Assembly (NCBI GenBank): GCA_963662275.1
Contig: OY759316.1
Coordinates: 3,424,001-3,488,000 of the forward strand
Origin: Candidatus Cloacimonadales bacterium
GTDB taxonomy: Bacteria; Cloacimonadota; Cloacimonadia; Cloacimonadales; DAONDQ01
Direction: 5' to 3'
Length of the DNA: 64,000 nt
Positions 49,434-60,153 of this stretch are shown in pieces (the stretch's first letter is position 1; every line of letters begins with the position of its first letter). The position numbers were made by a program, and so were the translations under genes. The notes beneath the pieces were generated by a model. The model did no database searches. It was not told where the DNA came from and was given only the letters and a program-made list of their open reading frames with translations.

Positions 49434-49528
49434 TGTTATATTGTTGGATTCGTAACCCTTCAACTATGGAAGAACCCGAGGTTACAAACCATCGGGGAAA
49501 ACATGATGTAATCATATGGTACAAGGTC

Positions 49529-49593
49529 GGAACGTTGTTTTCAAACAGCTATGCTATTGGAACGCTGTTTTCAAACGGCTATGCATTTTCAAA
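49529..49593. repeat. 30-bp tandem duplication containing small hairpins
   Basis: GGAACGYTGTTTTCAAACRGCTATGC at 49529 and 49559. Confidence 0.75.
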
Positions 49594-49659
49594 TGGCAAG
49601 ATCGTAGCCTAATAAATTAAGCGTTCCAGCAGAAGAGCTGTCAACACCTGAAGTATATG

Positions 49660-50289
49660 CTACGAGAGCTTTTCAATCACATCTACAGCAGATTTCAAAT
49701 CCGGTACAATAAAATCAGGCATCGCTTTCCAGTTCTTTCTTTTTTCCATGAACTCTATTTTTCCATATCCTGTTTGAACTAGTATTGTCTTTAATCCGGC
49801 ATTCCTTCCAAACTCGATATCCTGGTATTTATCACCTATCATCCAGGACAGATTCGGTTTGAAATCAAAGTCTTTCCTGGCGTCAAGGAACATACCAATA
49901 CCCGGTTTCCGGCTGGGATGCTCACAATTCCAAGGTTCTACAGTTCCCTTGGCATAATAGGGTGAATAATAGATACTATCCACATAAGTCTGACCTTCGT
50001 GAAGAAGTTCCTTGAGCTTGGCATGAACGGCATCAACTTCATTTGCGGTAAACAAACCTCGTGCAATACCTGACTGATTAGTAACAATAAAGACATAAAA
50101 GCCCAGTTCATGAAGTTTCTTTATTGATTCAATCGAATATGGATACAGTTCGAATTGGTCAGGATGATGTATGTATCCAGTAGAATCAGGATTAATTGTA
50201 CCATCCCGATCCAGTAATACAGCTTTGGCAGGAAATGGCTTATTCTGTACTTGCTGTTCCCTGTTCCCTGTTCGCTGTTCTCTTCCCAT
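49660..50289 (-). CDS. gmhB: D-glycero-D-manno-heptose 1,7-bisphosphate phosphatase (HAD-IIIA)
   Basis: LLDRDGTIN, VTNQSGIARG, RKPGIGM, WMIGDK..DI..G; sits directly after lptD. Confidence 0.85.
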   Translation of the reverse strand: MGREQRTGNREQQVQNKPFPAKAVLLDRDGTINPDSTGYIHHPDQFELYPYSIESIKKLHELGFYVFIVTNQSGIARGLFTANEVDAVHAKLKELLHEGQTYVDSIYYSPYYAKGTVEPWNCEHPSRKPGIGMFLDARKDFDFKPNLSWMIGDKYQDIEFGRNAGLKTILVQTGYGKIEFMEKRKNWKAMPDFIVPDLKSAVDVIEKLS

Positions 50290-50291
50290 AA

Positions 50292-52736
50292 CTAATTCCT
50301 GTCAGAAGTTTGCAGTCTCAACGCATCCGGTAATTGAATTGCATATAGAATCAGCCTGTAATCCCAGCTTTTATTGCTGCGAGTGTAGTTCATTTCCAAA
50401 CGCCAGCAATGCAATTGCCTAATCAGTTGAATGGATTGGGATACCATTCTCTCTGATTTAACATCGAGGTAGTTGGAATAAGTCATAGACCAGTTTTGAG
50501 TCAGCTTGCAATTACCGCTGATTCGTATATTATTACTTCTAGGATCAAATGGAGAATGAGGTCCGGAAACATCCTGCCCCATTGTTAATGACCAGCTTTC
50601 AGGATTGCTGATTTTTTCATATTCCTTGATACTCTGAACTTCCTTTTTTGCAGCAGTCGTGTCAGGAAATTGAATACCGGCAAACAAAGGATTCTTTAGT
50701 TTGGGGAAATAATTCACATAATTTGATTTCCCTGACAAGGTTACAGAATGGGAGGCATACCAGTTTGAAAGTCGCCAGTTATTCCATTGAAGAGTGTATG
50801 GATTCTCTGTCACAGACCAAGTTTGAGAATAGGTGAACTTGAAATCACCAATTTCCAGATCACCAGGTTTCATAGAGACACGATGTGAGATATTTGATAA
50901 TTTTTTATTCATCGCATCTGTATTATAACTGGCATTGGCATTCCATAAAATGAAATCATTCAGTTTCAGTTCCTTACGTTTATCGTTTGGAGCCAGGCGC
51001 AGTTGCCATTTCTGCTCCAAAGCAAAACCCATACTCCTGGATTTTTGCCCTGTGGGAAGAGAGATTGACTCGAAGCTGTAAAATCTGTCATTCCGTTCCT
51101 GATTTGGTGAATAGCTGAAGGAAATCCTGGGAGTAATAATATGCCTTACTGCTGATACATAAGATTTTGAAAAAACACGGATGCCATACATCGAGAAGAA
51201 CGCAGAACTGGAAGTATTCCAAGCATATCCCCGAGCAGGCTTGTCATTTTTCATATCCCTATCAAACCAAGCTTCTGAATAGCTGATTCCCTGCGCCAGG
51301 TTCAGCCAACCCAGCAATTTATAATCGTAGTTTGCTCCGGTATTATGTTCAATACCAGCATGATGAATAGAGATTGGATTTCCCAGGGAGTCCGTGGAAT
51401 TATGGTAAAAAATATCAGCAAACGTGGGCTTCTTTGCTGTGATATAACCATAATGAACAGCATGGACATTATAATTATATGAAAAATGGGACCACCAGGT
51501 ATCGCTTTCGTTTGCTATATCAGTTGATTTTTGAAACAATTCATACAAGGGTTTGTAGGGCAAAGTATAAGACATCGTCGGTAAACTGATTGACCTGATA
51601 TCATTAATAACATCATCCGAGTAAGAAGAAGTGACACTGATATTGGAACCAAGAAAAGGTTTTCGATATGAGACGGTCGAGTATACAGTCTGGGTTAGAA
51701 ACTCAGATGAATTGATGTCATAATTTAAGATGCTTTTACCGCTAACAAGATTTACATTTGCATCAAGTGTTGAACGATTGCCCAATTCCTGGTGATGATT
51801 TGTTGTAATTTGCCATTGATAATTTGTCTGCCCAAAATCAGTCTGTTGATTCTTCACAGTCGCCATGAAATTACCTTGGAATAGATATCTCTTGATGTAT
51901 TGACCAGAAAAGGAAGCATTCCAGCCTCTCAATTCCAGGTAATCAAATGAAGCGGTGGCATCTGCAAATTCGGCATAGGGATAGAAGAAAGCGATGTTTT
52001 TCAGGTATTTCCCTTCATATGTACTGTAACCAGGTTCAGGGATAAGGAAACCAGCATGTCTACCACGCTTAATTGAGAATGCAGCATAGGGAAGACCGAA
52101 TACAGGGATATGGTTTACATAGAAAATTACAGGCTTTCCCACAATCTTATTATCTCTGAAAAACCTCATTTTATTACTGTAAATATAGTAATCCGGAGCT
52201 TCAGCATCACAGGTGGTGAATCTCCCCTGGTCAACGTCGTAAACGTCATCACCTACCTTGCGCAATTCCTTTCCATAATAATAACCCTTATCGAATCGGG
52301 CTGCCCCTTGGAAAATGAGACCTGTCTTTGAATCTACATCATAAAAGACGCTTGAACCGGCAAGATACTGATCAGTATCCTGCATAATCGTATGCCCTGA
52401 AGCAAAGGCGGTATTTTTTTTCAGATTGATCGACATTGAATCAGCAGTAATCTTAGAATTACCATAATCAATTGAAGTATTGCTTTGTAATTGGATCAGT
52501 TCTTGATCATAGTTATAGGAAACACTATCGGCGGCGTAGAATAATGAATCCTCTACCGCAGCTTTGATTTTTAACGAATCAACTGGAATAGAAAGACTAT
52601 CCGGTTGTATCTTCAGTGAATCATATGGTAACGTAGATTGATTCGGTTTATTTTGAGCATGAATAGGAAGAGCAATACACGATAAAATCGCCATTGTCAC
52701 GATAATTATTAGGATATTCTTCTCTATTACATTCAT
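50292..52736 (-). CDS. lptD: Putative LPS-assembly protein LptD
   Basis: Signal peptide, OstA-like N-terminus, FTTCD..P.Y, R..GFLIP, C-terminal RQLHCW; aromatic-rich beta strands. Confidence 0.85.
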   Translation of the reverse strand: MNVIEKNILIIIVTMAILSCIALPIHAQNKPNQSTLPYDSLKIQPDSLSIPVDSLKIKAAVEDSLFYAADSVSYNYDQELIQLQSNTSIDYGNSKITADSMSINLKKNTAFASGHTIMQDTDQYLAGSSVFYDVDSKTGLIFQGAARFDKGYYYGKELRKVGDDVYDVDQGRFTTCDAEAPDYYIYSNKMRFFRDNKIVGKPVIFYVNHIPVFGLPYAAFSIKRGRHAGFLIPEPGYSTYEGKYLKNIAFFYPYAEFADATASFDYLELRGWNASFSGQYIKRYLFQGNFMATVKNQQTDFGQTNYQWQITTNHHQELGNRSTLDANVNLVSGKSILNYDINSSEFLTQTVYSTVSYRKPFLGSNISVTSSYSDDVINDIRSISLPTMSYTLPYKPLYELFQKSTDIANESDTWWSHFSYNYNVHAVHYGYITAKKPTFADIFYHNSTDSLGNPISIHHAGIEHNTGANYDYKLLGWLNLAQGISYSEAWFDRDMKNDKPARGYAWNTSSSAFFSMYGIRVFSKSYVSAVRHIITPRISFSYSPNQERNDRFYSFESISLPTGQKSRSMGFALEQKWQLRLAPNDKRKELKLNDFILWNANASYNTDAMNKKLSNISHRVSMKPGDLEIGDFKFTYSQTWSVTENPYTLQWNNWRLSNWYASHSVTLSGKSNYVNYFPKLKNPLFAGIQFPDTTAAKKEVQSIKEYEKISNPESWSLTMGQDVSGPHSPFDPRSNNIRISGNCKLTQNWSMTYSNYLDVKSERMVSQSIQLIRQLHCWRLEMNYTRSNKSWDYRLILYAIQLPDALRLQTSDRN

Positions 52737-52782
52737 AACGGCAAATTATTGGCTTTCATAAACATGTCAAGAAGTCCTCAAA

Positions 52783-52931
52783 GGAAGTACGAAGTGAGAA
52801 GTGCGAAGTGTGAACTTCCCTGAAAGCAAGTTTTCTCTGCCGACAATGAAAAGAGGTGGCGAACTCCGTTTCGCCACATGCCAAATCGGAGTTTGACATA
52901 CCAGTTTTCAAGTCAAATTCGAAGTACGAAA
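52783..52931. repeat. Mosaic: CGAAGTN heptamers, a partial copy of the 2262 element, and two CTCCG-loop REP-like hairpins
   Basis: GAAGTACGAAGTGAGAAGTGCGAAGTG; GTGGCGAACTCCGTTTCGCCAC; TGCCAAATCGGAGTTTGACA. Confidence 0.7.
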
Positions 52932-53033
52932 AGAAACTGAGTATTTATTAATATACTCCAAAGAAAAGTTTGACGATTTTATCTGCACACCTAACTTGGA
53001 GTCATCATGGTTCAGTTCAATAAGGAGTGTTTC

Positions 53034-54281
53034 GTGGCAGCAAAATATCAAGTTCCCCGTGGTACATTTGATATTCTACCCCAGGACAGTTATAAATGGG
53101 AGTACATCATGACCACATTCAGAAATGTGGCAAAACGATATCAATATAGAGAAATCGTGACCCCCATCTTTGAGACTGTAGATCTCTTTGAAAGAAGTGT
53201 TGGTGATACATCCGATATCATTCAAAAGGAAATGTATAAATTTGAAGACAAAAAGGGACGTGTGTTTGCATTGCGTCCTGAAGGTACAGCACCCGTTGTG
53301 CGCAGCTATGTGGAAAACAATCTCGGTGCCAATGGCGGACTGACAAAGATTTTCTATATTGGTCCAATGTTCAGGTATGACAGACCGCAAGCTGGTAGAT
53401 ATCGTCAATTTTATCAGTATGGTGTGGAAGCGATTGGCAGTGAACACCCGTATGTAGATGCAGAAGTAATCGCACTTCAGTACACATTTTTGAAAGAATT
53501 GGGTCTGACGAAATTTGAAGTGGAAGTAAATAGCGTTGGTTGCCCGGAATGTTCAAACGCTTATAATGAAGCTTTGAAAGATTATTATCAACCGTTTCTT
53601 AAGGAATTATGCCCTGACTGCCTGATTCGTTTTGAAAAGAATCCCAAACGAATCCTGGATTGCAAAGTACCTGCCTGTAAGGAAATCAGTAAGGATGTTC
53701 CAACTCAATTGGAATATTTGGATGAGAAATGCCTCGCACATTTTGAAATGGTGAAGTCCTATCTAGTGGAAATGAAGATACCGTTTACTGTCAATCCGCA
53801 TATTGTCAGGGGATTAGATTATTACACAAGAACAGCCTTTGAATTCATTAATCGAAATCTGGGTGCACAGAATGCCATTGGCGGAGGCGGGCGTTACGAT
53901 AAACTAGTGGAGCAAGTTGGTGGAAAAGATTCTCCCGGTATTGGCTTTGCAGCCGGTATTGAAAGACTCTTATTGTCACTCGATAATGAAAATCTGCCCA
54001 TAGGAGAACAGCCCAAACCTTTGTATTATTGGATCGCTATTGGTGAGAATGCCAGGAAACATAGTATCCTGACTGTGTCCGAGTTACGATTTTCCGGATA
54101 TTCCGTTGATTTTGACTTGGAAAAGGAATCATTGAAGAGTCAGATGAAAGCTGCAGATAAATCAGGTGCAAAGTACGCCCTGATCTATGGAGATGATGAA
54201 TATCAAAAGCATGTGGTGATCCGTAAAAATTTGGAGAGTGGAAAACAGGAAGTAATCAGTTTGGATGAATTAATTCCTTAA
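53034..54281 (+). CDS. hisS: Histidine--tRNA ligase
   Basis: PRGTFD, ALRPEGTA, FRYDRPQAGRYRQF, IVRGLDYY, GGGRYD. GTG start after AAGGAG. Confidence 0.98.
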   Translation: MAAKYQVPRGTFDILPQDSYKWEYIMTTFRNVAKRYQYREIVTPIFETVDLFERSVGDTSDIIQKEMYKFEDKKGRVFALRPEGTAPVVRSYVENNLGANGGLTKIFYIGPMFRYDRPQAGRYRQFYQYGVEAIGSEHPYVDAEVIALQYTFLKELGLTKFEVEVNSVGCPECSNAYNEALKDYYQPFLKELCPDCLIRFEKNPKRILDCKVPACKEISKDVPTQLEYLDEKCLAHFEMVKSYLVEMKIPFTVNPHIVRGLDYYTRTAFEFINRNLGAQNAIGGGGRYDKLVEQVGGKDSPGIGFAAGIERLLLSLDNENLPIGEQPKPLYYWIAIGENARKHSILTVSELRFSGYSVDFDLEKESLKSQMKAADKSGAKYALIYGDDEYQKHVVIRKNLESGKQEVISLDELIP

Positions 54282-55607
<1,326 letters not shown>

Positions 55608-55629
55608 GAACAGAATATATGGAGGTTTT

Positions 55630-56838
55630 GTGAAATACCACATCATGTCAATTTTCTTATTGATCATTTCTATCAGTCTCTTTGCTGATCCCATGGGTTT
55701 TGTTGCCCCTCAGTATCTGCAGAGCTATTATGATAATTTCAGTAATAATTATCTGAATGCTATTTCTGCAGGCAGAGGTCATACAGGTGTTGGACTAACT
55801 GGCAATGTCGAGAATGTTCTGCAGAACCCAGCAGCCTTTACAACAGATCACTCTCAACTGTATATTGAGATTTTTATCAAGCCCCCTGTTAGTGAATTTA
55901 ATAAATACCAGGATCAACAATATGAATCGCTTGTTCCTATCGGCATTTTTGCCTATGGATTCCATGCCTGGAAACATTTCAATTTTAGTATGAATTACTC
56001 AACCCCTCAAAGCATTGAATATAATGTTCTATCCTTAGAGCTTAATACTGGGGATATCATTTTTCACTACCCCAGCTATTATTTGTACCAAATCACGGCA
56101 ACCGGGAATTACGAATGGAAAAATCTGCGTATCGGTCTGAATCTTCTGAATGAGATTTACAGTTTTAAAGACCAGGTCACTTGGGGAACGGCTATCCTTG
56201 ACCGTGTTGATCACATGGACTATGCTTTAAGATTCCAACCGGGTCTTTATTACAAATACAAAGGTGTCAGTATTGGTACAAGTTATATGCCATCCACTCA
56301 ACATACGTATAATTTTAGATACCAGTCATACGATGTGACACTTCCTTCCCAATTCAACGCTGGAATTGGTCTGACCTATAATGTTACTCGTTTTGCTACA
56401 GATATAAATCTCACTAACTGTAGTGAAATGTCAGATCAATTCAAGAATCGACTAGATTTCAAAGCCGGTATGGAGACTGATTACCATAAATATACTCTCC
56501 GCTGTGGATTCATGAGTATTCCAAGCGTATGGCAAGGTGCCTATATCCTGCCAATATACAATGTTCCAGGTGGACTTGTTACCAATCTTCCGGATTCTGT
56601 AGGTATGATTAGATCAACAGCCCAATCCATGCTTACAGGTGGTTTTACTTGGCACTCTGAGTTAGCTGATCTGACTGTAGCATTTATCCAGGATGTGCAG
56701 AATAAGGCAAATTATACATCTGTTTTTGGATCGATAAGTGTAAATCTCAATAAATTATCAATTAAGCGTATCATCCCTGGTGATAAGGAGAAAGAAATTC
56801 CTCTTGAAGATGATACTGAGATCGAATACCTGGAATAG
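55630..56838 (+). CDS. Probable outer-membrane beta-barrel (FadL/PorV-like)
   Basis: GGAGG then GTG start; signal peptide; A.SAGRG.TG...NPA motif; alternating aromatic strands. Confidence 0.6.
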   Translation: MKYHIMSIFLLIISISLFADPMGFVAPQYLQSYYDNFSNNYLNAISAGRGHTGVGLTGNVENVLQNPAAFTTDHSQLYIEIFIKPPVSEFNKYQDQQYESLVPIGIFAYGFHAWKHFNFSMNYSTPQSIEYNVLSLELNTGDIIFHYPSYYLYQITATGNYEWKNLRIGLNLLNEIYSFKDQVTWGTAILDRVDHMDYALRFQPGLYYKYKGVSIGTSYMPSTQHTYNFRYQSYDVTLPSQFNAGIGLTYNVTRFATDINLTNCSEMSDQFKNRLDFKAGMETDYHKYTLRCGFMSIPSVWQGAYILPIYNVPGGLVTNLPDSVGMIRSTAQSMLTGGFTWHSELADLTVAFIQDVQNKANYTSVFGSISVNLNKLSIKRIIPGDKEKEIPLEDDTEIEYLE

Positions 56839-56861
56839 GAAAGAATCTGGTAATAGATCAA

Positions 56862-57914
56862 ATGAATACAATCTACCCCATAAAGTTATTAGAAGATAAA
56901 ATCATCCTTCTTGATCAAACTCGATTACCTCAAGAAGAAATTTGGCTCGAGATGATAGACTATCGTCAAATGATTGAAGCGATTAAAATGCTTCGGATTC
57001 GCGGAGCTCCATTATTGGGATTGGCTGCCATAGCAGCAGCTTATCTGGCTGCTATTCAATTCTTAAGAGAGAAAGAATTCATGAAGCTGATGGATAACGC
57101 AGTTGATGAGATAGAATCTTCAAGACCAACTGCTGTGAATCTATTCAAAGCTACTACCAAGATCAGACAAATATTACATGAATCCATTGATTCAAAAGTT
57201 ATTAAGGACAAACTACGTACTCTTTACGAATTTCTCTATGAGTATGAAGAATCCGCTTGTGAGAAGATAGGAATGAATGGAATTACTCTATTCGCTCCAG
57301 ATAAAAAATTGAATATCATGACCATCTGTAATACCGGCAGTTTAGCTACTATTGGTATTGGTACAGCTTTGGGAGTGATTAGAAAGCTTACTGTTGATCA
57401 TGATGTCCATGTCTATGCTTCTGAAACCCGTCCCCTGTTACAGGGAGCGCGTCTTACCATGTGGGAACTCCAGAAATCTGGAATCCCTTCCACACTGATC
57501 ACAGATAATATGGCAGGATGGGTAATGAAGACAAATTCGATAGATGCTGTACTTACCGGTGCAGACAGGATCACAGCCAATGGAGATACCGCCAATAAAA
57601 TAGGAACTCTCAATTTAGCCATATTAGCCAAATATTTCAAAATCCCCTTTTATGTCGTTGCCCCGGTAACTACCATCGACTCTTCCTTGGAATCGGGTTC
57701 GGAAATAGCGATTGAAGAAAGGGAGCACAACGAAATATCTTCTTTAGGTAATAAGCAAATTGCACCGATGGGAATTCATGTTTTCAATCCGGCTTTTGAT
57801 ATCACACCGGCATCGCTGATTACAGCAATAATCACTGATAGTAGAGTTTTTATTCCTCCATATCATTTTGATAATGTAGGGATAGACCCATGTGTCTATC
57901 CAAATATTAATTGA
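56862..57914 (+). CDS. mtnA: S-methyl-5-thioribose-1-phosphate isomerase
   Basis: LDQTRLP, IRGAP, RPTAVNL, CNTGSLAT, ETRPLLQGARLT, GADRI..NGDTANKIGT. Confidence 0.96.
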   Translation: MNTIYPIKLLEDKIILLDQTRLPQEEIWLEMIDYRQMIEAIKMLRIRGAPLLGLAAIAAAYLAAIQFLREKEFMKLMDNAVDEIESSRPTAVNLFKATTKIRQILHESIDSKVIKDKLRTLYEFLYEYEESACEKIGMNGITLFAPDKKLNIMTICNTGSLATIGIGTALGVIRKLTVDHDVHVYASETRPLLQGARLTMWELQKSGIPSTLITDNMAGWVMKTNSIDAVLTGADRITANGDTANKIGTLNLAILAKYFKIPFYVVAPVTTIDSSLESGSEIAIEEREHNEISSLGNKQIAPMGIHVFNPAFDITPASLITAIITDSRVFIPPYHFDNVGIDPCVYPNIN

Positions 57915-57983
57915 AAATAGGAGGATAGACACATGGGTCTATCCCTACATTGCGATTAAGTAGGATTGGAGTTCTACTCTACA
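57873..57983. repeat. Inverted GTAG REP doublet (perfect 29-bp IR) plus a third REP variant
   Basis: AATGTAGGGATAGACCCATGTGTCTATCC (57873-57901) with its exact reverse complement at 57923-57951; AGTAGGATTGGAGTTCTACTCTAC follows. Confidence 0.9.
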
Positions 57984-58016
57984 ATGTTTAATAGTTCAAA
58001 ATAGATAGAGGTTCAT

Positions 58017-59141
58017 ATGAAAGTGACGATTCAGAGATTTGATGGTTACGTATTAGAAGATCTGAAACAGTATTTTGTCGGGTTGTTTGAAGAATATGGT
58101 CTTTGGGAGAAATTCAAGGATAAGAAAACTATCCTCTTGAAACCTAATCTCCTCGGCGCTTTTGAACCTGAAAAAGCAGTTACTACTCATCCTCTAGTTT
58201 TGGAAGCACTAATCCAATTATTGTTTGAGAAAGAAAAACAGGTTATGATTGGCGATAGTTCTGGGGGTACTGTATCTCTACAAAAAGTATGGGATAAAAC
58301 CGGTATGTCCGATTTGGCAAATCGTTATCCGGTAAAATTACTCAATTTTGCAGAAGCAGGCGTTGTGGAAATGGAGAGGAATGGATTCAGCTATCCCATT
58401 TCAAAAGCCTTTCTTGATGCAGATGGAGTGATCAGCATATCAAAGTATAAAACTCATGGTATGATGCGTTTCACAGGAGCAGTCAAAAACATGTTTGGTC
58501 TGATTCCCGGGTTGAAGAAAACTGAGTTTCATAAATTAAATCCGGAAACCAATCAGTTTGCATCCCTTTTAACAAATCTTTATCAGTCCGTTAAGTATAA
58601 GATCGATCTTCACATCATGGATGGGATCATGGGTATGGAAGGAGATGGACCGACCGCAGGTATTATCCATAATTTCGGGCTGATCTTCAGTTCACAGAAT
58701 GCACCTGCCCTGGATTATGTTGCCTGTAACATGATGGGTTTCGATTGGAGAAAGGTACCCGTTGTATGGCAGAGTCTCCATGAAGAGGGTATCCTACCCT
58801 CTCGTATTGAAATTCCACAAGAATGGGAAGGTTTTCAATTTGAAAATGTGAAACTAGGTAGTGTTAACTTCAGTAGTAAAATGATGAACCACATCCCTTC
58901 CCTGGCAAAGAAATTTATCAAAACCCAGTTTGAGTTTTATCCTGATTTTAACGATGACTGCCGTTTATGCCAGGTTTGTGTGAAAAGCTGTCCGGTACAG
59001 GCAATCAGTTATACAAAAGGGGATAAACATCCCTTGATTAATTACACAAAATGTATTAATTGTCTTTGCTGCCATGAATTATGTCCGTATCGTGCAGTGT
59101 ATATCCATAAATCACGTTTTGCTAAGTTATTTATCCATTAA
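58017..59141 (+). CDS. DUF362 protein with C-terminal 2x[4Fe-4S] ferredoxin domain
   Basis: LLKPNLL, TTHP, KTH..TGAVKN.FG, EGDGP, two CxxCxxCxxxCP motifs. Confidence 0.92.
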   Translation: MKVTIQRFDGYVLEDLKQYFVGLFEEYGLWEKFKDKKTILLKPNLLGAFEPEKAVTTHPLVLEALIQLLFEKEKQVMIGDSSGGTVSLQKVWDKTGMSDLANRYPVKLLNFAEAGVVEMERNGFSYPISKAFLDADGVISISKYKTHGMMRFTGAVKNMFGLIPGLKKTEFHKLNPETNQFASLLTNLYQSVKYKIDLHIMDGIMGMEGDGPTAGIIHNFGLIFSSQNAPALDYVACNMMGFDWRKVPVVWQSLHEEGILPSRIEIPQEWEGFQFENVKLGSVNFSSKMMNHIPSLAKKFIKTQFEFYPDFNDDCRLCQVCVKSCPVQAISYTKGDKHPLINYTKCINCLCCHELCPYRAVYIHKSRFAKLFIH

Positions 59142-59156
59142 CAAGGGAGCTAGATC

Positions 59157-59789
59157 ATGATTCATCTCCAGTATTTTGGACAATCCTTCTGGAAAGTATG
59201 GAATGAAGAAATTGCGATTGCCATTGACCCATTCCATGATCTCGGATTTCCTCTTCCCAAGAATGTGGAAGCAGATGTTGTCCTTAGCAGCCATGATCAT
59301 TTTGACCATAATAACTTGGAATTGATTAAGAATACATCATTGATTATCAAAACACCCGGTGATTTTACTTATCAAAACATTCTTTTCGAGGCATTTAGTA
59401 CTTTCCACGATGAGCTGCAGGGAGCAAAAAGAGGAAAAAATTTAATCTTCAAATTTACGATGGAAAAGCATGTAATTATTCATTGTGGTGATTTGGGTGT
59501 TGTTCCATCTCCTGAGATCATCAAACAGATCATGCACCCGGATATCTTGTTTATTCCGGTAGGTGGATTTTACACCATAGATGCAGATAAAGCATACGAA
59601 ATTGTTCAGTTATTACGACCGACCCTTGTGTTCCCGATGCATTATAAAACGAATTTAGTTGACAGTAAGATAGCTCCTGTAACAAGCTATCTTACAAAGG
59701 TAGATAACATAATCGAAATTCAGGATAATAAACTTGATTTGACTGAAGATATCTTCCAAAGCCCTAAGACAATCATCCTGCAATTTTAA
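59157..59789 (+). CDS. MBL-fold metallo-hydrolase
   Basis: IDPF, SHDHFDHN, HCGDLG, IPVGG, PMHY. Confidence 0.9.
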   Translation: MIHLQYFGQSFWKVWNEEIAIAIDPFHDLGFPLPKNVEADVVLSSHDHFDHNNLELIKNTSLIIKTPGDFTYQNILFEAFSTFHDELQGAKRGKNLIFKFTMEKHVIIHCGDLGVVPSPEIIKQIMHPDILFIPVGGFYTIDADKAYEIVQLLRPTLVFPMHYKTNLVDSKIAPVTSYLTKVDNIIEIQDNKLDLTEDIFQSPKTIILQF

Positions 59790-59802
59790 TAAGGAAGGAA
59801 TC

Positions 59803-60108
59803 ATGCTGAAGAAGAGAAAGTCCAGTAATCGGATCTACCAGTATTTAATTCTAGGTGGAATTGGGGTCTTATTTCTTTACATCGCTTTTTTTGATAGCAG
59901 CAGTTTTTTAAACGTTATTAAAGTAAAAATTCAGAATAAGAAACTTAATAATGAAGTTAGCAAGGTCCAAGTACAAAATCGCGAGTTAATGGAAAAAAAT
60001 AGGAATCTGAAAGATAATCCTGTTGAGATCGAAAAAACTGCTCGTGAAAAAGTAGGGATGCAAAAACCTAACGAGAAGGTTTATCGCTTCTTCAAAGAGA
60101 AAAAGTAG
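59803..60108 (+). CDS. Septum formation initiator family protein (FtsB/DivIC-like)
   Basis: Single TM, coiled coil, IEKTAREKVGMQKPNEKVY. Confidence 0.85.
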   Translation: MLKKRKSSNRIYQYLILGGIGVLFLYIAFFDSSSFLNVIKVKIQNKKLNNEVSKVQVQNRELMEKNRNLKDNPVEIEKTAREKVGMQKPNEKVYRFFKEKK

Positions 60109-60153
60109 AATAGTCTTTAATAATAAATTTTTTAGGAGGTTCTAACTGGCATT

